Shown here: positions 52,123 through 63,097 of the stretch, one piece after another | Layout: every line of letters begins with the position of its first letter | Numbering within the stretch: the stretch's first letter is position 1 | Assembly (NCBI RefSeq): GCF_963921235.1 | Contig: NC_086097.1 | Location: forward strand, 91,204,001-91,268,000 | Origin: Mobula hypostoma | Lineage: Eukaryota | Direction: 5' to 3' | DNA: 64,000 nt | Notes under the pieces: generated by a model | What the model saw: the letters and a program-made list of their open reading frames with translations, nothing else | Database searches by the model: none | Told to the model about the DNA's origin: nothing | Translations under genes and position numbers: made by a program

Positions 52123-52640
52123 ACGGTGACTGGCTGCATCATTGTGTGGTAAGGAAGCTGAAAGGCAGCAGACAATAAGACCCTACAGAGGATAGTAAAA
52201 ACCACCGAGGGGAATACTGTGGGTATGTCTCCTTCCCCACTATTTGTGACATTTACCGGGACAGTTGTATACGAAGGGCCCGATGCATTGTTGAGGATCC
52301 CCACCACTCATCCCACAATCTCTTTGACCCACTATCATCAGGAAGGAGGTACAGGAGCATCAGGACTAGGACTGCCAGACTGGGTAACAGCTTCTTCCCT
52401 CAGGCTGAGAGAATCATGAATTCTCTGCCGACACCGAGATATCATGAAGTCAGCAAGCTGTTTACTGTTTATCTGTGCTGCACACTACATGTATTTGAAT
52501 TATATTTTATTATCTTCTATGTGGTAATATTTAGTTTTATGTGCTGTGTGTGTTATATGTTTTGTGGGAGCAAGCACCATGGTCTGGAGGAACGCTGGCT
52601 GAGTCAGATGACAATGAACTTGAACTTGATGACTTGACTT
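52123..52640 (+). mobile_element. Rex1/Babar-type 3' fragment nested in CR1
   Basis: GGCTGCATCATTGTGTGGT..TCAGGAAGGAGGTACAGGAGCATC..AACAGCTTCTTCCC; (AACTTG/ACTTG)n tail. Confidence 0.75.
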
Positions 52641-53147
52641 TGAGTCAGTGGCAAGGAAGCCAAATGCAATGTTGGAATTCATTTTGGGAGGACTACAATA
52701 TAAAAACAATGATATAATGTTGAGGCTTTACAAGGCATTGATTAGGTCACACTTGGGGTATTGTGTGCAGCTTTGGGCCTCTTATCTATCAAAGGATATG
52801 CTGGTATTGGAGAGAGTCCAGAGGAGGTTCATGAGTATGGTCCATAGAATGAAAGGATTAACGTATGAGGACCTTTTGATGGCTCTGGGCTTGTACTTGC
52901 TGGAGTTTAGAAGAATGAGGGGCATCTTATTGAAACCTTCTGAATACTGAAAGGCCTAGATAGCATGGATGTGGAGAAGATGTTTCCTATGGTGCGAATG
53001 TCTAGGACTAATGGGCACAGAGGTAAGGAGCAATTTATTTAGCCAGAGTGTGGTGAATCTGTGGAATTCATTGCCACAGGCAGCTGTGGAAGCAAGGCAT
53101 TGGACATATTTAAAACAGAGGTTGATAGGTTTTTGATTAGTAAGGGC

Positions 53148-55977
53148 GTGGATTGACACGTGGAATTATGACATTATAGCAATTAGTGAAACTTGGCTAC
53201 AGGAGGGGCAGGACTGGCAGCTTAATATTCCAGGGTTCCGATGTTTCAGATGTGATCGAGGCAGAGGAATGAAAGGTGGGGGAGTAGCATTGCTTGTTAG
53301 GGAAAATATTACAGCAGTGCTCAGGCAGAACAGATTAGAGGGCTTGTCTAATGAGTCCTTATGGGTGGAGCTGAGAAACAGGAAAGGTATGGCCACATTA
53401 GTGGGATGGTATTACAGACCACCCAATAGTCAACGAGAATTGGAAGAGCAAATCTGCAGAGAGATAGCAGGCAACTGCAGGAAACATAAAGTTGTGGTGG
53501 TAGGGGATTTTAATTTTCCATATATTGATTGGGACTCCCATACTGTTAGGGGTCTAGATGGTTTAGAGTTTGTAAAATGTGTTCAGGAAAGTTTTCTAAA
53601 TCAATATATAGAGGGACCAACTAGAGAGGATGCAATATTGGATCTCCTGTTAGGAAACGAGTTAGGACAAGTGACGGAAGTCTGTGTAGGGGAGCACTTT
53701 GGTTCCAGTGATCATAACACCATTAGTTTCAACTTGATCATGGACAAAGATAGATCTGGTCCTAGGGTTGAGGTTCTGAACTGGAAGAAGGCCAGATTTG
53801 AGGAAATGAGAAAGGATGTAAAAAGTGTGGATTGGGACAGGTTGTTCTCTGGCAAGAATGTGAAGGGTAGGTGGGAAGCCTTCAAAGGAGAAATTTGGAG
53901 AGTGCAGAGTTTGTATGTTCCTGTCAGGATTAAAGGCAAAGTGAATAGGAATAAGGAACCTTGGTTCTCAAGGGATATTGCATCTCTGATAAAGAAGAAG
54001 AGGGAGTTGTATGACATGTATAGGAAACAGAGAGTAAATAAGGTGCTTGAGGAGTATAAGAAGTGCAAGAAAATACTTAAGAAAGAAATCAGGAGGGCTA
54101 AAAGAAGACATGAGGTTGCCTTGGCAGTCAAAGTGAAGGATAATCCAAAGAGCTTTTGCAGGTATATTAAGAGCAAAAGGATTGTAAGGGATAAAATTGG
54201 TCCTCTTGAAGATCAGAGTGGTCGGCTATGTGCGGAACCAAAGGAAATGGGGGAGATCTTAAATAGGTTTTTTGCATCTGTATTTACTAAGGAAACTGGC
54301 ATGAAGTCTATGGAATTAAGGGAAACAAGTAGTGAGATCAAGGAAACTGTACAGATTGAAAAGGAGGAGGTGCTTGCTGTCTTGAGGAAAATTAAAGTGG
54401 ATAAATCCCCGGGACCTGACAGGGTGCTCCTTCGGACCTTGAAGGAGACTAGTGTTGAAATTGCAGGGGCCCTGGCAGAAATATTTAAAATGTTGGTGTC
54501 TACAGGTGAGGTGCCAGAGGATTGGAGAGTGGCTCATGTTGTTCTGTTGTTTAAAAAAGGATTGAAAAGTAATCCGGGAAATTATAGGCCGATATGTTTA
54601 ACATCGGTAGTAGGTAAGTTATTAGAGGGAGTACTAAGAGACAGAATCTACAAGCATTTGGATAGACAGGGGCTTATTAGTGAGAGTCAACATGGCTTTG
54701 TGCGTGGTAGGTCATGTTTGACCAATCTATTGGAGTTTTTCGAGGAGGTTACCAGGAAAGTGGATGATGGGAAGGCAGTGGATATTGTCTACATGGACTT
54801 CAGTAAGGCCTTTGACAAGGTCCCGTATGGGAGGTTAGTTAGGAAAATTCAGTCGCTAGGTATACATGGAGAGGTGGTAAATTGGATTAGACATTGGCTC
54901 AATGGAAGAAGCCAAAAAGTGGTAGTAGAGAATTGCTTCTCCGAGTGGAGGCCTGTGACTAGTGGTGTGCCACAGGGATCAGTGCTGGGTCCAATGTTAT
55001 TTGTCATCTATATCAATGATCTGGATGATAATGTGGTAAATTGGATCAGCAAATTTGCTGATGATACAAAGATTGGAGGTGTAGTAGACAGTGAGGAAGG
55101 TTTTCAGAGCCTGCAGAGGGACTTGGACCAGCTGGAAAAATGGGCTGAAAAATGGCAGATGGAGTTTAATACAGACAAGTGTGAGGTATTGCACGTTGGA
55201 AGGACAAACCAAAGTAGAACATACAGGGTTAATGGTAAGGCACTGAGGAGAGCAGTAGAACAGAGGGATCTGGGAATACAGATACAAAATTCCCTAAAAG
55301 TGGCGCCACAAGTAGATAGGGTCGTAAAGAGAGCTTTTGGTACATTGGCCTTTATTAATCAAAGTATTGAGTATAAGAGCTGGAATGTTATGATGAGATT
55401 GTATAAGGCATTGGTGAGGCCGAATCTGGAGTATTGTGTTCAGTTTTGGTCACCAAATTACAGGAAGGATATAAATAAGGTTGAAAGAGTGCAGAGAAGG
55501 TTTACAAGGATGTTGCCGGGACTTGAGAAACTCAGTTACAGAGAAAGGTTGAATAGGTTAGGACTTTATTCCCTGGAGCGTAGAAGAATGAGGGGAGATT
55601 TGATAGAGGTATATAAAATTATGATGGGTATAGATAGAGTGAATGCAAGCAGGCTTTTTCCACTGAGGCAAGGGGAGAAAAAAACCAGAGGACATGGATT
55701 AAGGTTGAGGGGGGAAAAGTTTAAAGGGAACATTAGGGGGGGCTTCTTCACACAGAGAGTGGTGGGAGTATGGAATGAGCTGCCAGACGAGGTGGTAAAT
55801 GCGGGTTCTTTTTTAACATTTAAGAATAAATTGGACAGATACATGGATGGGAGGTGTATGGAGGAATATGGTCCGTGTGCAGATCAGTGGGACAAGGCAG
55901 AAAATGGTTCGGCACAGCCAAGAAGGGCCAAAAGGCCTGTTTCTGTGCTGTAGTTTTTCTATGGTTTCTATGGTTTC
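53148..55977 (+). mobile_element. Young CR1 LINE, 5'-truncated in the endonuclease domain
   Basis: 7-bp TSD TAAGGGC (53141-53147, 55978-55984); (GTTTCTATG)n tail; long intact ORF2. Confidence 0.96.
53269..55953 (+). CDS. CR1 ORF2: apurinic-like endonuclease plus reverse transcriptase, 894 aa from an internal ATG (frame open from 53149)
   Basis: YRPP, VVGDFN, ILDLLL, SDHN endonuclease motifs; KSPGPD, NYRPICLTS, QHGF, MDFSKAFD, GVPQGS, FADD RT motifs. Confidence 0.93.
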   Translation: MKGGGVALLVRENITAVLRQNRLEGLSNESLWVELRNRKGMATLVGWYYRPPNSQRELEEQICREIAGNCRKHKVVVVGDFNFPYIDWDSHTVRGLDGLEFVKCVQESFLNQYIEGPTREDAILDLLLGNELGQVTEVCVGEHFGSSDHNTISFNLIMDKDRSGPRVEVLNWKKARFEEMRKDVKSVDWDRLFSGKNVKGRWEAFKGEIWRVQSLYVPVRIKGKVNRNKEPWFSRDIASLIKKKRELYDMYRKQRVNKVLEEYKKCKKILKKEIRRAKRRHEVALAVKVKDNPKSFCRYIKSKRIVRDKIGPLEDQSGRLCAEPKEMGEILNRFFASVFTKETGMKSMELRETSSEIKETVQIEKEEVLAVLRKIKVDKSPGPDRVLLRTLKETSVEIAGALAEIFKMLVSTGEVPEDWRVAHVVLLFKKGLKSNPGNYRPICLTSVVGKLLEGVLRDRIYKHLDRQGLISESQHGFVRGRSCLTNLLEFFEEVTRKVDDGKAVDIVYMDFSKAFDKVPYGRLVRKIQSLGIHGEVVNWIRHWLNGRSQKVVVENCFSEWRPVTSGVPQGSVLGPMLFVIYINDLDDNVVNWISKFADDTKIGGVVDSEEGFQSLQRDLDQLEKWAEKWQMEFNTDKCEVLHVGRTNQSRTYRVNGKALRRAVEQRDLGIQIQNSLKVAPQVDRVVKRAFGTLAFINQSIEYKSWNVMMRLYKALVRPNLEYCVQFWSPNYRKDINKVERVQRRFTRMLPGLEKLSYRERLNRLGLYSLERRRMRGDLIEVYKIMMGIDRVNASRLFPLRQGEKKTRGHGLRLRGEKFKGNIRGGFFTQRVVGVWNELPDEVVNAGSFLTFKNKLDRYMDGRCMEEYGPCADQWDKAENGSAQPRRAKRPVSVL

Positions 55978-56129
55978 TAAGGGCATCAGAGCTTACAGGG
56001 AGAAGGCAGGACAAAGGGGTTGAGAGGGATAATAAATCAACCGTGATGGAATAGTGGTCAGACTTGATGGGCTGAATGGCCTCATCCTACTCTTATGTCA
56101 CATGGTCTTATATTGCCTTGATTTTAGAG

Positions 56130-56545
56130 GGCATGTTCTTTAAGGAAAGGTTACACCAACTTGAGTTGCTTTCTCTGGAGAGGCGATAGCTGAGAAGAGA
56201 CTTGATAGACACTTATAATACTGTTAGAGATAGCTGGGATCTCTTTCCCAGGGTCAAGATGTCTAATACTTGAGACCATGCCATGTGAGAGGAGCAAAGA
56301 CCAAAAGAGATGTGCGGGTCAATGTATTATACAGAGTAGAGAGTGCCTGGAGTACACTGCCAGGGTGGTGGTGGAGGCAAATACAAAAGAGGTGTTAAAG
56401 AGTTCTTTGTTAGGCACAGAAATATGCAGAGAATGGAGGATGTGGGCACTGTGTAGGCAGAAGAGAATAATTTAGCTAGGCACTTACTTCTAAATTTGTT
56501 AGTTTAGCACAACACCATGGGCTAAGGTGTGTGTCCTATGCTGTA
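56130..56545 (+). mobile_element. Decayed CR1 3' fragment
   Basis: TTTCTCTGGAG..GAGACTTGATAGA..TTTCCCAGGGTC..GTGGTGGAGGCAAATAC..TGCTGTAC. Confidence 0.6.
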
Positions 56546-56548
56546 CAG

Positions 56549-57289
56549 TGGCTTCCATAGGCCAACCAAAGGTGTTATTTTCTTCTTTACACTTATTTTT
56601 TTGTGATTGAAGACCCTGCCGGATATTAAGAACTTAATATTCTGCAGGTCTACCCCATCAGCAAGTTGCTCATTGGTGGAGAAACTGAAAGAGCTGGACG
56701 TGGTACGGATCATGATGTTGAGAGGAGTCAGTGCGTGAAGGTATTGTGCAGTCTAACAGGAAGTGATCGTCTTGGTTGCTTTACTTGTGACTACAAGACC
56801 CTGCTGGGCGTTGTTAATGCGGAATACCACAAGCCCGGTTCACCGATGCAGTACATTAGCAAATGGCGGGTGCGGACACAGGGGGAGTTGCCTGGCCTCG
56901 GTCGTGGCGAGGACTAGGCCTCAAGCCGCGGTGTCGCCTGTTTGTGGATGCCCAGGGAAAGATGTCACAGATGGACAGCTCCACTGGAGTGCCGCAGGCA
57001 GAATACCACGGCATATGTGCTCAAGCTGGTGCTGCTCCCCAGTGGAAGCTCAACAGCAGACAAGATGTATTGTGTTTAGTGCAGACTGCTGCAACATTCG
57101 TGGCCCCAGGGACCTGGACTATATTTTTCGTGTGTGATTATATTTTACTGCTGCCTTATATGTACCGTGTGTGCCTTGTCCTGTGAATTAGTGTTGGTAC
57201 TGTGATTTGCACCTTGGCCCCAGAGTATCATTTGGCTGTGTCCACGGGTATTCATGTATGGTAGAATGACAATTAAACTTGAACTTGAA
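56549..57289 (+). mobile_element. Second copy of the SINE-like family at 1808-2557
   Basis: GCCAACCAAAGGTGTTA, AAGACCCTGC (twice), AGGACTAGGCCTCAAGCCG.GG.GTC.CCTG, tail AATTAAACTTGAACTTGAA. Confidence 0.65.
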
Positions 57290-58510
57290 ATACTCTTTTC
57301 TATTTTATATTTGGTGATACACAGAGCTACTTGTACTAGATGGAGCCTTAGTTTAACATCTCATATCTGAAGGATAGAATCTCAGAGAACACACTGTGAA
57401 AAGGCCAGGTTTTCTAATATATTTCACGTGAACTTTCAGACAGCTGCATTTTGAAATAAATCTTTTATATGTAGCAAGAAAGATGCCCAGGAAAGAAAAT
57501 CATTCACCATGCTTTCTTCCATGATTTTGTCCACAGAGTCCTTGGGTTTCTTTTGCTCATCTTAAAATAAAACACTCCTATATATTTGAAAATAATCTGA
57601 ACCAGTGCCAGTTTCCGGGTCTCTGAACCCATCAGGAAACCTGTCCCGTGACTTTCCATTTTCATTTTCAACAGCACTGGAAAGTTTACATTTCAAAGCT
57701 CCCCCAAATAATGTCAAGAGTGGAGCAAGGTCCAAGATATGCCTCCTTTATGATGCTCAGCCTCAGTAGTCTGGAAATGAAATTTATTATTTAGCCACAG
57801 TACAACATGCTTTAAATAACAATTGCTCGACTTAAAAGGCCAATGCTCAAGTTTCGTGCAACATCCTCACTGAGTCTATGACCTTCTACACCTCAAACAT
57901 AAACTTGTCTAGACTGCTCTTCCCATAGGGTTCAGGAGGGCTATCCACTCTCATCTTCCCAGTGCCCAGATCATTCCAGGATGCCACAGCTGACTACTGC
58001 CACATCCATAGTTTGCTACTCACAGCTCCAATAGGGAGGTCAACCTTCTCCAGCCTCAAGGAGAAAAGATTTCACTTGCAGTTCTTTCATCACATAAGAG
58101 CAGGCAAGGTGGCCACTGGACCTTCTGGTTTTGTACACTTCCCCAAAACATAAATTCCACAATTGCAGTCGGGTACCTTAACCGGATACTCTGAAATCAT
58201 CCACAGAGATTCTTAAACCCAGGATCACATGTGAATCCTAATGCATCATTTCCATCAGGACCGCACTCAATACAAAGAAACTGAAAATGCCCAGCAGTGC
58301 CTCTCTGGCTCAGGGCATCAGTTATTAAAACACACATTCCTCACGGCTGACGAGCAGCAGGAACACACTCAATGGCTGTTGGGAAGGGAAGGAGTTCCCT
58401 GATTTATTTTAAGGTCATTGAAGTACTGACTTATAAATATCCTGAAATTAGGAGCCTTCTGAGAGGAGTTTGCACATTCTCCCTGTTATTACAATGTGGC
58501 TCATCTAGGT

Positions 58511-59768
58511 CAGGATTCCCCAACCTGTTTTGCACTGCAGACTGGTTTAATATTGACAATATTCTTGTGGACCGGCCGACCCGGGGGTTGGGGGGGGGTG
58601 GTAGGGCTGCCAACGGACAAGAGTAGCAGTCAAATAAGTTGTGTTTACCCAGAGAAAGACTACAATGACCATGAATCCTTGCGCGGGCACCAGTGCGCAT
58701 GCGTGTACATGCCGATTTTTTCTCTGCAAATCGTTGACAATATTGACAATATTCTTGTGGACCGGCCGACCCGGGGGTTGGGGGGGGTGGTAGGGCTGCC
58801 AACGGACAAGAGTAGCAGTTTTTGGCAATTCTGTTCGGGGGGTGTTAATCACAAATGGAATATAGGTGATAAGTGGCTAATACACTCAATTTCATTTCTA
58901 AAAGGGTTTATCTAACGAATTTACTATTAAACACACAGTGTATATTTTCCTAGCATGAATATAGTGATAAGTCAATTATCAGGGGAGGACAGGGGAGCTT
59001 GAAGTAAGTGTTGAACGAGTTTCCAGTAGAAGTGGTAGAAGCAGGTTCGATATTATCATTTAAAGAAAAATTGGATAGGTATATGGATAGGAAAGGAATG
59101 GAGGGTTATAGGCTGAGTGCAGGTCGGTGGGATTAGGTGAGAGTAGCATTTGGCAGGACTAGAAGGACAGAGATGGCCTGTTTCCGTACTGTAATTGTAA
59201 TATTGTTATATAAGTCACTTATAAGTCAATAGCATCATAATATTTTAAATAACGTTTGGGTATTAAACACACAGTATATATTTTCCCCGTATGAACATAT
59301 AAAATCATTGCAACACACCAATATTGCTGAATCAGTGGGAGCCCTGGGTTTGTTTTCCTGCAACAACACAGTCCTATTGAGGGGTGATGGGAGACAGCGA
59401 TACTTGAAGGAGGTTCCTTATGTCCAGTCTATTCCACAGTTTAGTTTTTGTTGCATTCATTGCAGAGATATGTTGGAAATGGAAGCACCTTTTTCAGTGC
59501 TTTCATGGCTATCTCAGGATATTTAGCCCTGACTTTGATCTGGAATGCTGGCAGAGATGTTATGTCAAACATACTTTTCAGCCCGCCGTCATTTGTAGGC
59601 TCGAGGAGTTGATCTCCTTCCCGTGCTGACATGGATGATGCACGGGTAATGACCTCGCATGCGTAATGGCTCAACAGTGGATGCGACAGAGAATGAGGGC
59701 CTCGCGGCCCGGTAGCACATGCTTTGAGGCCCGGTATCGGTCCGCGGCCCGGTGGTTGTGGACCGCTG
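58511..59768 (-). mobile_element. Non-autonomous Charlie-type hAT transposon, second copy
   Basis: CAGGATTCCCCAACC / GGTTGTGGACCGCTG termini; TSD ATCTAGGT / ATCTAGAT; colinear with the reverse complement of 17546-18729. Confidence 0.9.
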
Positions 59769-60959
59769 ATCTAGATGCTCCAATTTCCTCCCATATCCCA
59801 AAAATATACTTGGAATTACAATCGTTTGTATTTTAGCAATTGGCTACTGTAAATTGCCCACTGGTGAGTGGCAGAATTTGGGGATAATTGACGAAAATAA
59901 GGAGAGAATAAAGATGGGATTAATGTAGAGTCTGTCTAAGTGAGTGGTATTTGGCCTATAATCAGTGAGCTGAAGAGTCCATTTCTGTGCTTGACCAATG
60001 ACCACAACTTCCACTATTCTGCCTCATCTCCCCACTTTCATGTGCTGAATATCACAAGATGTCCTGAACTAAAACTGGTCCTAAATGTGTAAAGTATTGG
60101 TTTATGCCCAGAACTCCAAAATGTTAAGTTCAAAGTACAAAGTAAATTTATTACCAAAGTACATGACACCAAATACAACCTATAGAACTTGCATCAAGTA
60201 TCAGGAGTGGACTGTGCAAAAGCCAATTCCACTGAGTATGTTTGCACCTGCAACTGTTGCTGTACTAAGCAACATCAGTCATGAAACTGAACTGGTCACG
60301 TCTGGCTGTGAACCTTGCTGGCGTGACTAATACAATCACACACCTGATGGCATAACCTCCCATACAATGCCATTTCTGCCCTTACTGGATAATTGGCAAG
60401 CGAGATATAGCTAGAGACTATCACAGAATAGTCTGAAAACAACTAGGAGAGCATCTTGCTAGACTGTTACTTCCCTTGTTATGTGAAGGGATTCCTTGCT
60501 GATACCAGGAGACCTGACAGGGTTGATTCAGAACTCTTTCCATGCTACTCAAGATCTGTACAACCAACAAGCTACTCATTTCACAGAAGCCTTAGGAGGC
60601 AATGCTGGCATCTCTGCACACAGCAGCTCTTACGAAGGCCATGGTTAGCCACTGATATCATCCTTGGTGTAGATGGCATCTACTGTGAATGCCTTCATGA
60701 AAATGAATCTCAGGGTGGAATTTAGTGACATATGCATAGCTTAATAATAAAATTAGCTTTGAACTTTGGTAGGAAGTTGTGCAGGTAAGGATCCTGTGAA
60801 TTGCTTGAAACTACACAGGGTTACAATATCCAACACCATTGAGGGCCCATCTCACCTCATCATACACCAATCCCACCAATTCTGTGGAGGAAGTAATTGA
60901 ATTGAGTCCTCTGTGCAGTGTCATCTCAGCATGCATCTCTGCACTTTAGAGATACAATT

Positions 60960-61345
60960 GATAGAACATAGTTAACAGAAGCAGGGAAGGCCATTCAGCC
61001 CCTCACACCTTTGCCATCATTCAGCAAGATCACATCTGATTTTTCACCTCTGCAGCACTCCCCTGTACTATCTCTTAAGTCCCCTTAATGTCCAATCATT
61101 TATTGAACTCTGATTTGCATATTCAGAGAATGAACCTCCACAACGCGCTTGAGTAAAGAGTTTCCAAAGACATTGCCCCACAAGGTAAAAAAATTTCTTC
61201 TTACCTCTGTCTTAAATGATCCAAACAGTATTTTGAGACTGCAATCCCTTTATTTAGACAACCCAGCCATCAACTCTATAATTGCTCTGACAAGCCCCTT
61301 AAAATGTTGTAAGTCTCAGTCAGGTCATCATTTATGCTTCTGATT
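60960..61345 (-). mobile_element. Ancient CR1 3' remnant
   Basis: ATAGAACATAG..AGGCCATTCAGCCCCTC 3' end; KVKKFLLTSVLN antisense signature. Confidence 0.65.
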
Positions 61346-61801
61346 CACTTAATCATAAGAAGTAGCTGATATTATAATGCAGTTTTTCACTTCAAAATAC
61401 TATTATGTAATATAACAGTCTCCAGGACTCCTCTGAATTGACTGAAAGGTCACGGGGGATTTTTTTTCCCTATATATACCTAACTCAGATTTTATCTTTA
61501 GCCAGAGAGAATTGGAGGGGAAAGTTACTAACAATAAACTCTGGCAGGAATATTACATATTGGTCGTAAGCTGCTGCAATCAGTTCCTCCCTACATGATT
61601 GAGTGGGAAAGACATTGTCTATATTGTGATGGATAAAGTATCTCAACTATTCGATCAGGTCATGTAGTCAAGTTAATGTTTCCTTAATAGTTACTTTCAT
61701 TACTATCTTAACTCAACAGTATGGAGATCAATCACTGGCTCCCAAAAACCTTAGGATCATGTGTAAAATCATGTTACTGTACTTATTTAACTAAACAATT
61801 A

Positions 61802-62387
61802 TGTAACACCCTGGTTCACATTTTTACTGCGATACTGTAGGTATTTCATCTTAGCAGTTCTGTAACAGCAGTCTGTTCTGCTTTCAGCCTGTTTGGGTTA
61901 TTGTTGAAGATAAGGATGAGGAGGAATGTGTGTCATCTATTTAGGATGGTGGAACTGGGAGGTTTTGTGAGGGACACTAAGGTTGGGTTTTGTTTTTTTT
62001 TTGTTCAGCGGGAGATGAAGAGAGGAGACACCGGAGAGAGCCGGTTGTAGGATTCGACCCAGCGGGGGACCGTGATTCGATGGAGCAAGGTGCTGTGCTT
62101 ACTGAAGATCGGTGAATATGTGTGACTTTTTGAGCTCCACTTGTGCACACTTGACTGTTTAATTATGAACACTTTAGTTAAGTTAAGGGTCATAAATATA
62201 ATTCCTTTAATCAATGCACTGTGCTGTCTGTTGTTTCTTGGCACTGTGTTGTAACAGGGTAACAAATTACCCAGCATCCACACAAACCGCGTTTGGGGTG
62301 GGAGAGCCGTCTCAATCTCACGGGTTTGGCGGGACTGGAGAATATCTTCCCAAGACATGCACAACCAAGGAAACCAGCGGGGTTTCA
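61802..62387 (+). mobile_element. Probable solo LTR, 586 bp
   Basis: TGTAACACCC...GGGGTTTCA inverted TG..CA termini; 5-bp TSD AATTA (61797-61801, 62388-62392). Confidence 0.75.
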
Positions 62388-62559
62388 AATTATTTTGACA
62401 GAACTCACTGGAGCAAAGAATAAAATAGATACTTAATTCAAATCCATTCCATCACCGGGGTTAACATCATGCTGGCACTGCTATCAATAGGCATTCTGAT
62501 ATTTTTTCTGCTAATGACATGCTAAGCCAGAGACCATTCTCAAACCAGTAGCTATTTAT

Positions 62560-63097
62560 TATGTAAATTGCCTGGCTTACAGAAAGAGCAGGAGGAGGCT
62601 TGGTGTCTGGGTCACCTCGTTTGAATCAATCAGAAATAAAAAGAACAAAAAGCACGAGGCTAAGGGCAAAAGCCATAGAACAATGCTGGTTGTGGCCCTG
62701 GACCAGAACCAATAACAAGGTGACCCAGATAGATCAGGCGACCTCAAGCCAACAAGATGGAAATGAGATATTTGAACAGATAAGAACTGATAGGGAGTTT
62801 CGAATATAATGGAATTCTAACTCTCCAGAGACTGACCATCACAGATATGGAGTATTCCTCAGACTCCTGGAGATTAGATCAGGAACATGAGGAACACCTG
62901 GCCATTGTAGACTCGTTTCCGGGTATTACCTTTCTATTCTTTGACTGTTCATAGAGGGCCTGGGGAATTTAGTAGGTGTGCACACAGGGATTTGGTTGTG
63001 TGTATTTAGTTGAGACAATAAAGGTTACTTGTCAGTAAATACAGATTTTCTCAGTGTCTAACTGATCATTATCATTAAGGGATAAACCCTTGTAACA
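62560..63097 (+). mobile_element. Possible LTR remnant
   Basis: AATAAA at about 63017 followed by a U5-like end ..CCCTTGTAACA; 5' end and TSD not identified. Confidence 0.3.

Larger units (their letters stand above)
49900..56110 (+). mobile_element. Old CR1 LINE hosting three nested insertions
   Basis: ITESWLKEDHSWELNI, LEQLMVEPTREKTILD, LESIIKDEV..KGKSCLTNL, LYKALIRSHLGYCVQLW; 3' end resumes at 55978-56110. Confidence 0.85.

Noticed and set aside
20467..55805. Near identity of 20467-21212 with about 55060-55805 as a segmental duplication
   Set aside because: Similarity is confined to CR1 sequence and the flanks are unrelated
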